A stretch of DNA of 64,000 nucleotides from the NCBI GenBank assembly GCA_010093705.1, contig MU006089.1:1723561-1787560 (forward strand), read 5' to 3'. The notes below the pieces were generated by a model that saw nothing but the letters and a program-made list of their open reading frames with translations, searched no databases and was not told the DNA's origin. A program made the position numbers and the translations under genes. Shown piece after piece: positions 61,657-64,000 of this stretch. Source of the DNA: Patellaria atrata CBS 101060 (taxonomy: Eukaryota). Position 1 is the stretch's first letter; the number at the start of each line of letters is the position of its first letter.

Positions 61657-62571
61657 CTACTCGTTAGAAAGCTGGTCGTCCATCAGGTCCCATTCCGAAC
61701 CAGATCCCTCAGCGTTAATACAAGTATCCACCCACTGGTACGGTGAACCCAAGGAAACAACCCTCGAGTGTACGGGGGTGGAGAAGGGTGAATTGGCCAG
61801 CGATGTGGCGGTACTGAATACCTCGTCGAGGGCGTCGGGTTGGGTAAGGCCCTCGCCATTCTCTGTCTCGTACGCTGGGAGCTGGAGTATCTCCATGGCT
61901 CCTTCATCCTGAAAGTTGCGCTCGAAATTTGTACGGCACAAGTCGGTATGGAACGGCACGAGATCGAATGCCAACTGACGGAACTCCGGATTTCCTCCAA
62001 GATCATGGTAGGAAAAACAACCAACGCAGTAATTTATAACTGTATCTATTAGCTCTCTGTTCTTCGATAGATGCTTGTACAGGTACGCGATAGTCTCGCA
62101 AATATCGGCTGGGGGGGTAGGTTGGCTACAAGCCAGTTCGGTCTCGCGGGTCATGTTTGCCCTCGCCGAGACTTGCAACTCGGGAAGGTCAAACAGTACA
62201 CCCATACGGAAGAGTTGGGCGTGAATGAGAAGTGAGTAGTAGGCTTGGTCCTGAATCGTGATATCGTCGGGGGAGGCAGCAGGGGCTTCGGTATTCTGAG
62301 ATCGACAAAGGCAATGGATATCCTCAAGCAGGTAGTCTCCCATGAACAAGAATCGTAGGAAACAGATGACGGCAGTACGGGAGTCAGCTTCAATAATTCC
62401 CCTCATGTTGAAGGATTCATCGAACTCGAATGTGTAACCTAGCAATGGACATTTGGGGCCCAGAACGCGAACGTCCAAGTTTTCGATTTTTGAAACAGAT
62501 CCGTCAGGTGTGCGAATTGTAAGTGAATCGTTTCCAACTGCGAAGGGACCTAAGAAGCAAAGACCTTCCAT
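61657..62571 (-). CDS. Hypothetical protein with a divergent BTB/POZ-like fold; 5' exons possible
   Basis: FLRFLFMGDY..LLIHAQLFRMGVLFDLPELQ..ETIAYLY..FHTDL pattern typical of fungal BTB proteins; 304-aa ORF. Confidence 0.65.
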   Translation of the reverse strand: MEGLCFLGPFAVGNDSLTIRTPDGSVSKIENLDVRVLGPKCPLLGYTFEFDESFNMRGIIEADSRTAVICFLRFLFMGDYLLEDIHCLCRSQNTEAPAASPDDITIQDQAYYSLLIHAQLFRMGVLFDLPELQVSARANMTRETELACSQPTPPADICETIAYLYKHLSKNRELIDTVINYCVGCFSYHDLGGNPEFRQLAFDLVPFHTDLCRTNFERNFQDEGAMEILQLPAYETENGEGLTQPDALDEVFSTATSLANSPFSTPVHSRVVSLGSPYQWVDTCINAEGSGSEWDLMDDQLSNE

Positions 62572-64000
62572 GGCTAGTATGAATTGCGCTGAATTATCTT
62601 GTAGAGGTAAGTAGAATTACGGCTCTGGTGAGTGATTTCAAGAGCGGATAGGTGAAACGCGATGAGAGCGGAATGGTGGTAATGGTTCCCGAACCGGAAG
62701 ATGTTCAAAAATGCAGTATGGTATATGTCTGTCGTGGTTGCGTTCTGGCTTACCAGTGAGAAAGCTATGGCGAGAGATGGTGGGTGAAATGCGGCTTCAG
62801 TCGTGATTGCGAAGTTTCTGACTAGTGGTGGTGTTGTTTCAAAACGAACCAAAAAGAGTAAGTGGAGGTAGAGAAGAAGTTTAGAAGATTCAGGTCGTTC
62901 AACTCAGGTGGTCAAGGCTGAAGAGATAGATTGGGCTACTTGTTCCAAAACTAGGCAACGATGACTACCTTAGAGCTCGATGTGAGGTAGTAAGGTAAGA
63001 GAAAATGAGAGAAAACAAAACCAATAGAACTCAATCTTACTCACCTTACGTCATTCAATAATTTCCACTGGGCGGACCTTCTCCCGGGCCTTGTCCTACT
63101 GTCTTGCAATAGCTATACAAAACCCGTGACTTTGACGAGTCCATGTAGTCTATAAGACCAGCAGAACGGTTTGTAGTCAGCAACCTTGAGGCCGCGGCAT
63201 AGAACCCGGCTCCCGGACCGAATGTGAAGCATGAGAGGTCTCAACGAATGACAGTCAATTGAAAAGAGGAAGAAAAATTCCTAACCGTTCACCTGTTGGG
63301 GGCCATTTGTTCTGAGATCTCATAAGGTATTAAAATACTGCAGTAAGGTAAAACAACTAGATCCTTTTTAAGTTAGACTCGACCGGGATTCAGCTGCAAC
63401 CTTAAATCGCCAAGCAGTATCTCAGAGTAGCTGTTAGTAGGTATGCTGAGGTGCAGACCGGCTGAGTGATTATAATTTGGAGTAGATTCGGGAGATTTTC
63501 TTTCAGCTAGGGTATTGAGGTGAGGTGTGAGATATGCCGAATAAGATTTCTTGTTTGGTCGACTGGAGTCTTTCCCTTCTCAAGAAGACCTTAAAGTATC
63601 TGAAATGACACGGAACGGAATGGAGCTTTGCTTATAGTGGAGGTTCGGTAGACTGTCTCCAGAGGTAGACAAGTGGAATTGAGTACTGAGATAAACAGAA
63701 GCCTCGAAAACCGAAGAGTCCAAGGTAAGTTTCGAGAATTGCCGGTATTTTTGAACCTTACGTGTGGAACCAGATATTAGCCCAGTTTACGTCACTGAAG
63801 AATGCCTCATACCCATTCCCCATCACGCTATTTCTCGCCTACTGTACACTCACCCTTAAAGGTGTCCTCGACTGTACTGTAGAGAGGAGAATATACTGGG
63901 CGTCCGTAACTGTGCGAACATGCTCAAGATATCGATCTCCTTGCATACTTCCCCTACTCAAGAGGTCTCTAACTCTTGTGTACAATAAAGTCGAAATATA

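Noticed and set aside
63580..64000. Possible minus-strand exons at the window end (open frame to a GTGAGT donor near 63853, then ~58 open codons)
   Set aside because: No recognisable protein motif and truncated by the window edge; could be UTR or intergenic sequence.

Overview
Gene-dense eukaryotic window from a filamentous ascomycete (short GT-AG introns with CTRAY branch sites; Dothideomycete-like by inference only). About 30 protein-coding genes were reconstructed by hand with splice sites, mostly housekeeping: BEACH/WD40 (3' part), Pex30-like peroxin, PAM16, Vip1-like RRM protein, FGGY kinase, UFD1/zinc-finger protein, Rab GTPase, EMC10, YIP1, CYC3, BPL1, COA4, MGM101, REEP-family protein, TANGO2/NRDE, TFIIB, ATP14, DUF1765, class II peroxidase, stand-alone AA8 cytochrome, ZRG17-like CDF, PIG-Y-like, MFS and BTB-like proteins. 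There is also one intron-containing tRNA-Lys(CTT). The features of most interest are not resolved by the ORF track. (1) A convergent pair of micro-exon metallothionein genes (19 aa and 25 aa) share a last intron at the same position and a one-residue final exon, and flank a degenerate 16-bp minisatellite; the second gene has an unusually long intron with a possible alternative acceptor. (2) An F-box-like gene is followed, past its stop codon, by three hidden spliced exons encoding a Cys-rich zinc-finger tail that can be joined in frame in three different ways. (3) Two stop-riddled reading frames have RIP-like signatures. No intact transposon, rRNA or CRISPR was seen. All family assignments are from recalled motifs, not database searches.
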